Source: Candidatus Tayloriibacteriota bacterium
GTDB lineage: Bacteria > Patescibacteriota > Minisyncoccia > Phycocordibacterales > PALSA-1337
DNA: 64,000 bases
Direction: 5' to 3'
Assembly: GCA_052034805.1 (NCBI GenBank)
Contig: JBPOID010000005.1
Span: 119,985 to 183,984, forward strand
Below, piece by piece: positions 10,496-19,685 of this stretch (positions are counted from its first letter, which is position 1; each line of letters starts with the position of its first letter). The position numbers and the translations under genes are program-made. The notes beneath the pieces were generated by a model. That model was given only the letters and a program-made list of their open reading frames with translations. It searched no databases and had not been told where the DNA came from.

Positions 10496-10875
10496 ACGTA
10501 CTTATAAGCCGAATTCTGTACATTGTTTCATATATCTTGCGATATAAAACTTTGCGACAATCATTTATCTGGGATTAATCTTGCGATTAACCTCAAGCGG
10601 CACTCCCGCCAATATAATAAACAATGAATCTATTTATTATATTGGCGGGCACGGCCTTGCACTGAGATAAGGATTTTGCCGTTGCACTCTCTATGTTTCC
10701 ATAAAGACTAATCCTTGCGGATCTATTTGCCATTTCTAGCAAATACGTCTCTGTTCGCACCTCGTGGATCGCTCCAGATGGGTGTTACCCATTACCTTAC
10801 TGTTTATCTTGCGATAAACCAGTGTTCGGACTTTCCTCTATAAAACTTGCGTTCTATAGCGACTGTCTAGTACGT
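10496..10875 (-). ncRNA. rnpB: RNase P RNA
   Basis: Minus strand has GAGGAAAGTCCGAAC near the 5' end, AGTGCAACGGCAAA, and ACAGAATTCGGCTTAT near the 3' end; ends pair (CGTACT/AGTACG). Confidence 0.93.
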
Positions 10876-10973
10876 GAATATATTATGCCAGATTTATCTA
10901 TATATTGCAAGTGCGATGTGCAGTGCAATTATACACTATAAATATTACTTTTTTATTATCTTCTTAAGCCTGA

Positions 10974-11984
10974 TTATTCCCCGTCTTTATCTTCTTTTTT
11001 CTTGTCTGTATGAGCTCTAACATCTACTTCATAACTAGTATTTTGTGATTCAAAGAAATTCACAAGTTCATATACATCTGTAGCTGTAGTCATCCATTTT
11101 GCTGGATTTGTAACTTTATAATGTGCAGGGAAACCCAATTCTTCCAAACGACGATCTGTAACGTATTTTACATATTGATTAACATAATCAGCATTCAATC
11201 CTAATATTCCATTTGGGAAAAGATCTTTATTATAATCAACTTCTCTATCTACACCTTCTATTATTATATTTCTTATATCTTCTGCGAATTCTTCTGTTAG
11301 AAGTTCAGGATTTTCTTCTAGAATATTATGTATTAGATTTATACCGAATTTTAGATGAAGACTTTCATCTCTTAGAACCCAGTTGATCATTGAACCGAAA
11401 TTTCTTAATTGTTTTCTCTGACGGAAAGAAAGTGCCACCATGAAACCAGAATAGAACCATATACCCTCCATAACTATATTGGTCGCTACTAGATTTCTAA
11501 TAAAATCCTTTTTACCAGCTGTTGTACTCACATCGAGATTGACTTCAGTCATTCTCTTTAGGTATTTATTTATATAATTCTCCTTGGCTTTCATTGAAGG
11601 AATATTCAAATGATGCTCATAAACTTTCTCTCTATCGAATGGGAATGTTTCTAGAACGTATTCGAAAGCCACACAGTGATTCGCTTCTTCCCACATTTGT
11701 TTTGCTAGATATAGATGGCATTCTGGACTTTTCAAATATGGATATATTCCAAGAGAAATAGAACGATTCACTATTAGCTCAGCAGGATTAAAGAAAGCCA
11801 TGAGGAATTCCACAGCATGCTTTTCATCTTCGGTCATATTTTTCCAATCATCCAAATCTTCTTTTAAGGCTATTTCATGTGGAAACCAAGTATTTCTAAC
11901 GGCTTGATTGTACAAATCATAAGCCCATTGATACTTTATTGGATGTAAACTTGTATCTTCTGGTGAGGGTCGTCCTATAAGCAT
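10974..11984 (-). CDS. nrdB: Ribonucleotide reductase beta subunit, class Ic-like
   Basis: W.PHEI, EEANH, EGIWFYSGF, RDESLH, NFFE. Confidence 0.93.
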   Translation of the reverse strand: MLIGRPSPEDTSLHPIKYQWAYDLYNQAVRNTWFPHEIALKEDLDDWKNMTEDEKHAVEFLMAFFNPAELIVNRSISLGIYPYLKSPECHLYLAKQMWEEANHCVAFEYVLETFPFDREKVYEHHLNIPSMKAKENYINKYLKRMTEVNLDVSTTAGKKDFIRNLVATNIVMEGIWFYSGFMVALSFRQRKQLRNFGSMINWVLRDESLHLKFGINLIHNILEENPELLTEEFAEDIRNIIIEGVDREVDYNKDLFPNGILGLNADYVNQYVKYVTDRRLEELGFPAHYKVTNPAKWMTTATDVYELVNFFESQNTSYEVDVRAHTDKKKEDKDGE

Positions 11985-12046
11985 ATATTTTTATAATTAA
12001 TTATAATTTTTTGAATAATAACTAAAAGTGATTTTATTAGCAAACT

Positions 12047-14845
12047 TTATTGGCAACTATCGCATTGAGCTCTTTCGGCTGGATCTATCGGACATACTTT
12101 GGCTGGATCTTTTATTTTTGGTTTTACTGCGACTTTGACTTGTTCAGTTTCCATATCCATAGATAAAGATGATGCAAGTGAAGATAAATCTGTGAATCTG
12201 TTCGGAGAAATATGTGATGATATATGTGAAGGAATTTCTACTTTTATATCTGAAGAAATAACTGGGATTTCATCATTTACGAGAGTATCTGCTGTATTTT
12301 CAAATATTTCTAAATTATTTATTTCTCTATTTTCTCTTGCTGTATTATTTATTTCTATTTTATTTATCCTATCTATTTTCTCTACTCGTTCAAATGTGGT
12401 TTCTTCTTTTATTTCTATTTTATTTACTTCTACAAAGTCCGCGACATCAGAAGGTTTTGCCATAGCCACCGCAGAAAAACCTTTTTTACCTAATTTCTCA
12501 GATTTATTTACCTTTATTGTACTTTGTTCCGCTGTATGTCTAGGCTTCATATGTAGATAATATGTAGACTTCAAACCTTTTTCCCATGCTGTCATATATA
12601 TATCCATAGTCTCATCTAGATCACGAGTTTCAAGATACATATTTCTAGATAATGCTTGGTCTATCCATTTCTGTGCACGAGCAGCAACTTCTATATATGC
12701 ATAAGGAGATGTTGTGAAAGAAGTTTTATAAATATCTTTTAGATATTGTGGTATACCAGGAATTGTAGATATATCGCCTTGTAATTCTATTATCTTTTCT
12801 TTTACTTTCTCCCATATTCCCATATTCTTTAGATCTTTTACTAGATTATGATTCAAATCTAGATATTTTCCTGAAATTTTATTTCTAGAGAAAACTTGGG
12901 CAAATCTAGCATCTATACCAGGAGTTGTACCAGCTAATAATCCTATATTTGCATTTGGTGCTACAGCCATAAGTGTGGCATTTCTCATTCCCTTTGTAAC
13001 TTTTTCTCTCAATAGATTCCAATTCAAACCTCTATGCTTGGAATCACGAACTACAGTAACCTTTACATTTCTAGATCTTTCTAGTTTTTCTATAGAATCA
13101 AAAGGCACTTTACCCTTTGACCATTCTGATCCCATGAAATTTTTATATGAACCTCTTTCTTTGGCTAGATTTGCACTTTCATCTATTGCCATATAGCTTA
13201 TGAATTCGAATATTCTATCTGCGAAATCCCAAGCATGTTCACTATCATATGCCATGCCCAAACGCTCGATAGTATCGGCAAATCCCATAACGCCTAGTCC
13301 TACCGCGCGGTTCTCTTTATCACTCTTATTAGCTTCGGGTATAGATAGTATATTTATATCTATAAGATTATCTAATTGTCTTACGGCTAGACGAACACTT
13401 TCTTCTAATCTAGACCAATTAACTTCTTTATTATTAACATGAGCTGCTAGATTCAATGATGTTAGATTACATACTGCTACATTATCTTTGTCTTGTGGAA
13501 GACATATCTCTGTACATAGATTAGACATATGTATAGTACCTGTATTGTTATTCAAAGCGCGTAGATTTATTGTATCTTTCCAGACAAGCCATGGATGTGA
13601 TGTAGTCTGTAGAGAGACAAGAATCTGTCTGTATTGTTCAGAAGCTGGAACTTTCTTGTATACTCTCATTTCACCTTTTTCTGCCTTTTCTACATAATAT
13701 GCATATCTTTTACTAAACTCTTGACCGTATAATTCATTCAAATCTCTAGTCTCAGCAGGATCAAACATATACCAAGGCGCATCGGCTTTAACTCTTTTCA
13801 TAAATTCATCCGAAAGATATACAGCAGTATTAGCTGTTCTCATACGCATATAGTCATCTCCAGCATTATGTTTCCATTCTATGAATTCAGGGAAATCTAT
13901 ATGCCAATTTTCCATATAGAAACAGAGGGCACCCTTTTTCTTTCCACCTCGCATTATGGCTCTTATGGCTGTATCAATAATCTTTGCAAAAGGTGTTGGA
14001 CCACTAGACACTCCACCGAAATTAGAATAAAGTGGAGAACCAGTAGCACGAAGTTTGGTTATAGAAAGTCCTATTCCTCCGGAATCTTTCGAGAGAAGCA
14101 TAACATCTGATACTGTCTTCGCTATATGCTTCATATCATCATGTATTTCGAGTAAGAAACAATTAGAAAGAGACGGCTTTGTAGTACCAGCACCGAGATT
14201 CGTAGAACCTCCTGCTATATATTCCATGCGAGACATTTTGTTGTAGAATTTCTTTGCATATTCTGTAGGATTCTTTTCATTATATGAAAGACCCATGGCT
14301 ATACGCATAAAGAAATATTGAGGTGTTTCTAGAGGATTCTCACTTGTATCCTTCAAGAAATATCTATTTATAAGTCCATCTAATCCAGCGTATTGGAATA
14401 ATTCGTCTCTTTCTATATTCAAGGTATTTGCTATTTCATTTAGATTGAATTTATCCTTCATATTAGGATGAAGTCTATTATTCTTTATTCCTTCTTCTAT
14501 ATATTTGAAAAATCCTTCTTTATGTTTTTCATTTAAGTCTTGTATATCATCCTTATCATAATCGCCTATAACTTTTCTATAAATAGTTTTAAGCAAAAGC
14601 CTTGTAGCAATTTTATCGAATTCTATATCTTCTTTTATATTCTGAACGGCAGCGTTTATCGTAGCTTTGTCCATTTCATCTGTAGTAATACCATTATACA
14701 GAGTAAGATTTGTCTCTGTAGCAATCTGAGTAACTTTTGATATAGGATCAGTAAGACCCATACACGCTCTCTCTATCGAGCGATTTATTTTGTCTGCATT
14801 AAAAGGGGCGGTTGTACCGTCCGAACGTTTGATTGATATACTCAT
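12047..14845 (-). CDS. nrdA: Ribonucleotide reductase class I alpha subunit with ATP cone
   Basis: IKRSDG ATP cone, SNCF, SNLCTEI, CNL, KSTYY, C-terminal CDSC. Confidence 0.96.
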   Translation of the reverse strand: MSISIKRSDGTTAPFNADKINRSIERACMGLTDPISKVTQIATETNLTLYNGITTDEMDKATINAAVQNIKEDIEFDKIATRLLLKTIYRKVIGDYDKDDIQDLNEKHKEGFFKYIEEGIKNNRLHPNMKDKFNLNEIANTLNIERDELFQYAGLDGLINRYFLKDTSENPLETPQYFFMRIAMGLSYNEKNPTEYAKKFYNKMSRMEYIAGGSTNLGAGTTKPSLSNCFLLEIHDDMKHIAKTVSDVMLLSKDSGGIGLSITKLRATGSPLYSNFGGVSSGPTPFAKIIDTAIRAIMRGGKKKGALCFYMENWHIDFPEFIEWKHNAGDDYMRMRTANTAVYLSDEFMKRVKADAPWYMFDPAETRDLNELYGQEFSKRYAYYVEKAEKGEMRVYKKVPASEQYRQILVSLQTTSHPWLVWKDTINLRALNNNTGTIHMSNLCTEICLPQDKDNVAVCNLTSLNLAAHVNNKEVNWSRLEESVRLAVRQLDNLIDINILSIPEANKSDKENRAVGLGVMGFADTIERLGMAYDSEHAWDFADRIFEFISYMAIDESANLAKERGSYKNFMGSEWSKGKVPFDSIEKLERSRNVKVTVVRDSKHRGLNWNLLREKVTKGMRNATLMAVAPNANIGLLAGTTPGIDARFAQVFSRNKISGKYLDLNHNLVKDLKNMGIWEKVKEKIIELQGDISTIPGIPQYLKDIYKTSFTTSPYAYIEVAARAQKWIDQALSRNMYLETRDLDETMDIYMTAWEKGLKSTYYLHMKPRHTAEQSTIKVNKSEKLGKKGFSAVAMAKPSDVADFVEVNKIEIKEETTFERVEKIDRINKIEINNTARENREINNLEIFENTADTLVNDEIPVISSDIKVEIPSHISSHISPNRFTDLSSLASSLSMDMETEQVKVAVKPKIKDPAKVCPIDPAERAQCDSCQ

Positions 14846-15001
14846 ATTTTTTTAATTAATAAGGCTTTGCTGTAATTATACTTCACAAAAAAATTAAATA
14901 GAATACAAAATCAATAATATTTCATAGTCATGAAATAAAATTCAATCCATGTAAACAGACAAAGTATAATAGCTCGTAAAAATAAAGTTTTTTAGGTAAA
15001 A

Positions 15002-15469
15002 TTATTTACAATTTTTCTTTGGATTAAAAATGTCATTCAACTTTATATCGTATTTTTTAGCAAAACCAGCATTCATTTCTATAACATAAAGACTTTTCTC
15101 TCCTGGATAAAATATTTTTGGATATGATTCTGGAGAAACTTTTTCTTCAATATGAATAATTTTGTAATCCTCATCAAGCCAAATAATATCTATAGGAAAT
15201 TTCATATCCTTCATCCAAAATCCATAATTATCAGAATGATCAAAAGTAAAAAGCATTATAGAATTATCTGATAATTTATCCATTCCGCCCAGACCTTTTT
15301 CTCTTGATTCTATAGTATTAGCATCTATAATATCGAATCTATTACAAATATTATTTGTTGTATTATTTATTATTGTATTTCTATTAGATACATCTTTATT
15401 ATATGAATAAAAATAAAGAGTAGAAATAACAATTAACAATACAATTATTATAGAATATTTAATCTTCAT
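15002..15469 (-). CDS. DUF192 family protein
   Basis: REKGL, MLF, FWMKDMKFPIDIIW, YVIEMNAG. Confidence 0.9.
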   Translation of the reverse strand: MKIKYSIIIVLLIVISTLYFYSYNKDVSNRNTIINNTTNNICNRFDIIDANTIESREKGLGGMDKLSDNSIMLFTFDHSDNYGFWMKDMKFPIDIIWLDEDYKIIHIEEKVSPESYPKIFYPGEKSLYVIEMNAGFAKKYDIKLNDIFNPKKNCK

Positions 15470-15858
15470 TCTGATATTTTACCATCAAAATGTTCATTAT
15501 CTAATTCAGCTTCTGCTTTTGTTTTATGTATTACACCATCTCTATGATGAGGTGGAGTATATAGAGTATAGAGTTTCATATAATCATTACCTGTATTTAT
15601 AATATTATGCTTTACACCAGCTGGCACAACTATAGAATATCCATCATATATATCATGTATTTCACCGTTAAGTATTGCTTGCCCTTCACCTTTCTCTATT
15701 CTGAGAAATTGATCAACATCATGAATCTCTTCACCTATTTCTTCTTTTGGCAAAAGAGACATTAGAACTAATTGAGTATTTTTATCAGTATAAAGAACTT
15801 TTCTAAAATTTTCATTTTCTAAAGATAATTTCTCTATGTTATTTATATATCCGTTCAT
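15466..15858 (-). CDS. Cupin-domain protein
   Basis: IGEEIH..DQF, VPAGVKHNIINTG, LYTLY.PP.H. Confidence 0.9.
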   Translation of the reverse strand: MNGYINNIEKLSLENENFRKVLYTDKNTQLVLMSLLPKEEIGEEIHDVDQFLRIEKGEGQAILNGEIHDIYDGYSIVVPAGVKHNIINTGNDYMKLYTLYTPPHHRDGVIHKTKAEAELDNEHFDGKISE

Positions 15859-16005
15859 ATATTTTTGATTAATTGATAAAAATAAAGATTGGTTTATTAG
15901 ATCTTATTATTTTAATTATAAATCTTATTGGATTTTATGTATAGGTAGATATTTACTAAACTATTAATACTGTTTAATTCATTTCCATTGTATAATTAAC
16001 TAACT

Positions 16006-16308
16006 ATGAATATCATAATAGCTCAAATCATTATTTTGTTTGTTGTAATATATCTTTATTTTTCTTCATCAAAAACTGGAGATAGTAAAGATTGGTTAAG
16101 AGCAATTGTACTTGCTATTGCTATACCGTTACTCTCTTTACTTCCTGCATATATTGGCTCTTTAGGATGGATTATAGCTATTGTAGTTACTTTAGCTCTT
16201 ATATCCAAACTCACAGGTCAATCAGTAACAGATTCATTATTATTCCTTACTATTATCGGAATAGTTCAATATGTGATTCAGACTGGGATAAGTAGGTTTG
16301 TTAAGTAG
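16006..16308 (+). CDS. Small multi-TM hypothetical protein
   Basis: 100 aa, about 4 hydrophobic segments; TATAAT upstream. Confidence 0.7.
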   Translation: MNIIIAQIIILFVVIYLYFSSSKTGDSKDWLRAIVLAIAIPLLSLLPAYIGSLGWIIAIVVTLALISKLTGQSVTDSLLFLTIIGIVQYVIQTGISRFVK

Positions 16309-16322
16309 AAATAAATAGAAAA

Positions 16323-16357
16323 GCATTCAGCCGTCCTTGCTTATCATTGCAGAGAGT
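16323..16357 (-). repeat. Copy of tRNA-Ser(GGA) 3' terminus plus half of its trailer hairpin
   Basis: 34/35 identical to 16860-16894. Confidence 0.9.
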
Positions 16358-16377
16358 TTAATACGCAGTTGGAACTT

Positions 16378-16716
16378 CTATTTTATAAATAAAGCTGAAA
16401 ATAAGCCGAGCATTCCCAATATTAGTCCAAGAAATGCTCCCCGTGATGGTAATTCATGAAAAAGCGCATAAGTAATAATAGGCTCCATTATAATTATGGA
16501 AGCTATAGATACAACTCCTACAACCCAAATATTATTTAAGTATTTAAGACCAAACATATATCCAGCAATCAAAAGCAACCCAGCCAATGCCATAATGCCT
16601 GACATTTTCCAAAAAGTTGTAGCAAAAGAATTTATATTTTTAGCTGCTATTATTTCAGAATAAATTGCAAGACTTTCACCAAGGAATAAAAATAAGATTG
16701 GGATTATTTTTTGCAT
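16378..16716 (-). CDS. 4-TM SMR/DMT-like small membrane protein
   Basis: 112 aa, Glu in TM1, FHELP...LGLILG ending. Confidence 0.65.
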   Translation of the reverse strand: MQKIIPILFLFLGESLAIYSEIIAAKNINSFATTFWKMSGIMALAGLLLIAGYMFGLKYLNNIWVVGVVSIASIIIMEPIITYALFHELPSRGAFLGLILGMLGLFSALFIK

Positions 16717-16725
16717 ATACCATTA

Positions 16726-16751
16726 TATCATTACGGAGAGTGAGAGATTCG
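16726..16751 (-). repeat. Direct repeat of tRNA-Ser(GGA) 3' end (att-like)
   Basis: 25/26 identical to 16879-16904. Confidence 0.9.
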
Positions 16752-16843
16752 GTCACAGGTCTCGGCTTACTGGCCTCGCCTGCGACCCCGCCTCGCTCGC
16801 CTTCGCGAGCTCCGGCTTTCTCATCTCTTCTCTTCACGCAATG

Positions 16844-16884
16844 ATGATAAGCTCGGACGGCATTCAGCCGTCCTTGCTTATCAT
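16844..16884. repeat. tRNA-trailer hairpin shared with the tRNA-Ser(ACT) locus
   Basis: ATGATAAGC-tc-GGACGGC-attca-GCCGTCC-tt-GCTTATCAT; 16848-16886 identical to 50380-50418. Confidence 0.9.
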
Positions 16885-16886
16885 TG

Positions 16887-16973
16887 CGGAGAGTGAGAGA
16901 TTCGAACTCTCGATGCCCTTTCGGACATACATCCTTTCCAGGGATGCGCACTAGACCACTATGCGAACTCTCC
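16887..16973 (-). tRNA. tRNA-Ser(GGA)
   Basis: GGAGAGT acceptor, CATCC-CTGGAAA-GGATG, long variable arm, G discriminator. Confidence 0.95.
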
Positions 16974-17048
16974 TTATCAAATATTGAAAATATTAGGATA
17001 ATAGTATACTCTATTTTAGGATAAGACAACAAGAACAAAAGGAGAATT

Positions 17049-17432
17049 ATGAGTATCATTGTGAGATGTAGATTCTGTAGAGAAAATTCACTAGGACATG
17101 ATCATGATGATTGTGCCAAAAAATACGGAGAAGGTCTAAAACGGAGAATGACGGATCATTTCGAAAAGGATCCAACGGCCAAATTACCAGATGAAATAAG
17201 AGAAGAGATGCAAGGAGACAAATGGAAATGGTATTTGGAATACAAGGATCGCAAGAGAAAAGAAGAAGAAAGAACTACAGCAATAAAAAAATTAAAAGAA
17301 AAGGCAAAGACGGAAGTCGAAAAGATAATTAAAGGAAAGAAAGATGAAATCGACGATTTGGCCAAAAAATCCAAATTGAATGTTTCTTTAAGAATTGGAA
17401 TAGAAGTCTTTGTGGAGGAATCGTATCATTAG
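17049..17432 (+). CDS. Orphan protein with Cys/His-rich N-terminus and coiled coil
   Basis: AAGGAG SD; CRFC...GHDHDDC; followed by a terminator. Confidence 0.65.
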   Translation: MSIIVRCRFCRENSLGHDHDDCAKKYGEGLKRRMTDHFEKDPTAKLPDEIREEMQGDKWKWYLEYKDRKRKEEERTTAIKKLKEKAKTEVEKIIKGKKDEIDDLAKKSKLNVSLRIGIEVFVEESYH

Positions 17433-17448
17433 ATACAGAATACATTTC

Positions 17449-17478
17449 AAAAAAGCTAATCAGGACGATTGGCTTTTT
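17449..17478. terminator. Bidirectional terminator
   Basis: AAAAAGCTAATC-aggac-GATTGGCTTTTT between convergent genes. Confidence 0.7.
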
Positions 17479-17481
17479 ATT

Positions 17482-18351
17482 TTACCAACCACCACTAGAT
17501 CCACCCCCTCCAGAACCACCACCGCCAAAGCCACCGAAACCTCCTCCGAATCCGCCACCTCTACCTCCACCTATCCACCAAGGATGAGCATTACCTCTTA
17601 ATAAACTTTTTTGATAAGCTTTTGAAACTATATAGTCAAATATAAGACCTACAATTATCAATATAATAGTAAAAATAATTCCGATTATTAATGATTTATA
17701 GACAAAACCGATAACTATACCCGCTATTGCACCGATCACTCCACCGAACCACCAAGATTTGGATCTACCGAGTATACTTGCAAGCCATATAAATATAAAT
17801 ATTATCCAGAAAAATATATCTTCATGAGGTTTTGAATTAGAATTATCATTTGGCAAAACATTTACCTCTCCATTCAATATTCTGATAATCTGTTCAACAG
17901 AAAGTCTGATACCTCCATAATAATCACCATTTTTAAAAGCAGGTGTGAGAGTATTCCTTATTATATTTGAAGATTGTGCATCTGTTATATAAGGTTCTAG
18001 ACCATAACCTACTTCTATTCTCATTTTCCTATCATTCATAGAGAAAATAATAAGCAATCCATTATCTTTTCCCTTTTTTCCTATTCCCCATTCTTGAAAG
18101 AGTCTATAAGCATATGTATCTATAGTCTCATCGCCCAAAGAAGATATTGTAACTACAGATATTTCATTCGTACTTTGCTTTTCATAATTAGAAAGTATAT
18201 TTTCTAATTCAATTTTATTATCATTATTTAATACATTTGCAAAATCATTTACAAATCCTGTAGGCTTTCCTGGGCTTGTATAAGCAGATACGAAAAAAGG
18301 TATAAATAAAGCGAGAAGTCCTAACGCTATACTTATACCCTTTTTCTTCAT
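17482..18351 (-). CDS. TPM-domain protein (YgcG-like)
   Basis: FVNDFANVL, WGIG..GKDNG, RIEVGYGLE, Gly-rich tail ending GGW. Confidence 0.92.
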   Translation of the reverse strand: MKKKGISIALGLLALFIPFFVSAYTSPGKPTGFVNDFANVLNNDNKIELENILSNYEKQSTNEISVVTISSLGDETIDTYAYRLFQEWGIGKKGKDNGLLIIFSMNDRKMRIEVGYGLEPYITDAQSSNIIRNTLTPAFKNGDYYGGIRLSVEQIIRILNGEVNVLPNDNSNSKPHEDIFFWIIFIFIWLASILGRSKSWWFGGVIGAIAGIVIGFVYKSLIIGIIFTIILIIVGLIFDYIVSKAYQKSLLRGNAHPWWIGGGRGGGFGGGFGGFGGGGSGGGGSSGGW

Positions 18352-18362
18352 ATTTATTTATT

Positions 18363-18917
18363 TTATATACTTACCTTTGGAGCTTTCTCTGCACCTTGAT
18401 CTGCATTGAAGTATGTTCTTTCAGCAAAACCGAACATTGAAGCTATTATTGAACTTGGAATTCTCATGACCTTTAGATTGTATTCCTTTACTGTATCATT
18501 ATATTTCATTCTTTGAACACTTATTCTATTCTCTGTACCCTCAAGTTGTGACATAAGTGTCTGTACTGTATCTGATGATTTTAATTGAGGATAATTCTCT
18601 GTAATAACAAGCAATCTACCTAGAGCACTTTCTACTTCTCCTGCTGCTTTTGCTTTAGCATCTGCAGTTGTTGCACCTGAATACTTTGTACGGGCATCTG
18701 CTATAGCTGTGAATACTGCTTGTTCTTGCTTCATTATACCTTTAACTGATTCCACTAGATTAGGTATAAGATCAAAACGTCTTTGATAATCAGTTTCTAC
18801 TTGCTTCCATTGTGTATCAGCACTTACATTTAGAGTCACAAGACCGTTGTATGTAGATACTGTATATGCAATCAATAGAACTAATACTATTACAACACCT
18901 ATAATTACTTTCTTCAT
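18363..18917 (-). CDS. lemA: LemA family protein
   Basis: YNGLV, QRRFDLIPNLV, ENYPQLK, LEGTENRI. Confidence 0.95.
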   Translation of the reverse strand: MKKVIIGVVIVLVLLIAYTVSTYNGLVTLNVSADTQWKQVETDYQRRFDLIPNLVESVKGIMKQEQAVFTAIADARTKYSGATTADAKAKAAGEVESALGRLLVITENYPQLKSSDTVQTLMSQLEGTENRISVQRMKYNDTVKEYNLKVMRIPSSIIASMFGFAERTYFNADQGAEKAPKVSI

Positions 18918-18962
18918 ATTTTTATTTCAATAATTAACCAATAACAAACGAAAAATAATAAA

Positions 18963-19634
18963 TTATTTCTTTGCTGGAGCTACTGTAGTTTCATCTTGTC
19001 CTGCAGGTCCTACAACATAAGCAAAAGATTTTACCATATCTGTAAATGCCTTATCTGCCTCGTCTATTATTGTTTTACTATTGTTCAACATTTGTGTAGC
19101 TTCTGAACCTTTATAACCTTTCACACTAGGATTTATATATATTGATGAGAAACTAAATACATAACAAGTATTTGCATCTTTCTGATGAGAATACATTCTG
19201 TCAAAATAATTTATACCCTGAACTGAATTGGACATAGAAATCATATTGAATGATAGATCTCCAATCTTTATAGTATTACGTTCTTTTACTGTAGTCACAG
19301 GAGGAAATTGGCATTTACCAGTATTATAAGAAACCTTTGATTCCAATTTCTTTACTGTATTTGTCTTTTCATTGTAAGGTATTGTGAAATTCACACCAAG
19401 ATCATATGAACCAGCTTCCCATACTGTTGGATATTTTACAGAAAAACCTAATTCTTCATTCTTGAATTCAGAAACCTTATCTGAAACCTTTGTTGTTTCT
19501 GTTAGAGTAGCTGAAGTTGTAGGTACAGTATTTGTCTCTGTATTTGTATTTTCTACATTCTTTCCCTTACCAAGAAACCATACCAAACCACCTAGAACTA
19601 CCAAGACTACTATTAGTGTTAATGATTTTTTCAT
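18963..19634 (-). CDS. Membrane-anchored hypothetical protein (PsbP-like motif)
   Basis: N-terminal TM, Thr-rich linker, FKNEELGFSVKYP..W. Confidence 0.65.
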   Translation of the reverse strand: MKKSLTLIVVLVVLGGLVWFLGKGKNVENTNTETNTVPTTSATLTETTKVSDKVSEFKNEELGFSVKYPTVWEAGSYDLGVNFTIPYNEKTNTVKKLESKVSYNTGKCQFPPVTTVKERNTIKIGDLSFNMISMSNSVQGINYFDRMYSHQKDANTCYVFSFSSIYINPSVKGYKGSEATQMLNNSKTIIDEADKAFTDMVKSFAYVVGPAGQDETTVAPAKK

Positions 19635-19685
19635 ATATTTTTTAATATAAATTTAAATAACCTAAATGACTTTTAGAACTGTATT

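Noticed and set aside
4592-14740. Many antisense ORFs over lepA, murJ, the TPR protein and nrdA (similar ones occur throughout the window)
   Set aside because: Shadow frames of well-supported genes
16676-17059. 127-aa minus-strand ORF containing ESLTLRND twice
   Set aside because: Reads through tRNA-Ser and its duplicated 3' end; the peptide repeat is just the DNA repeat
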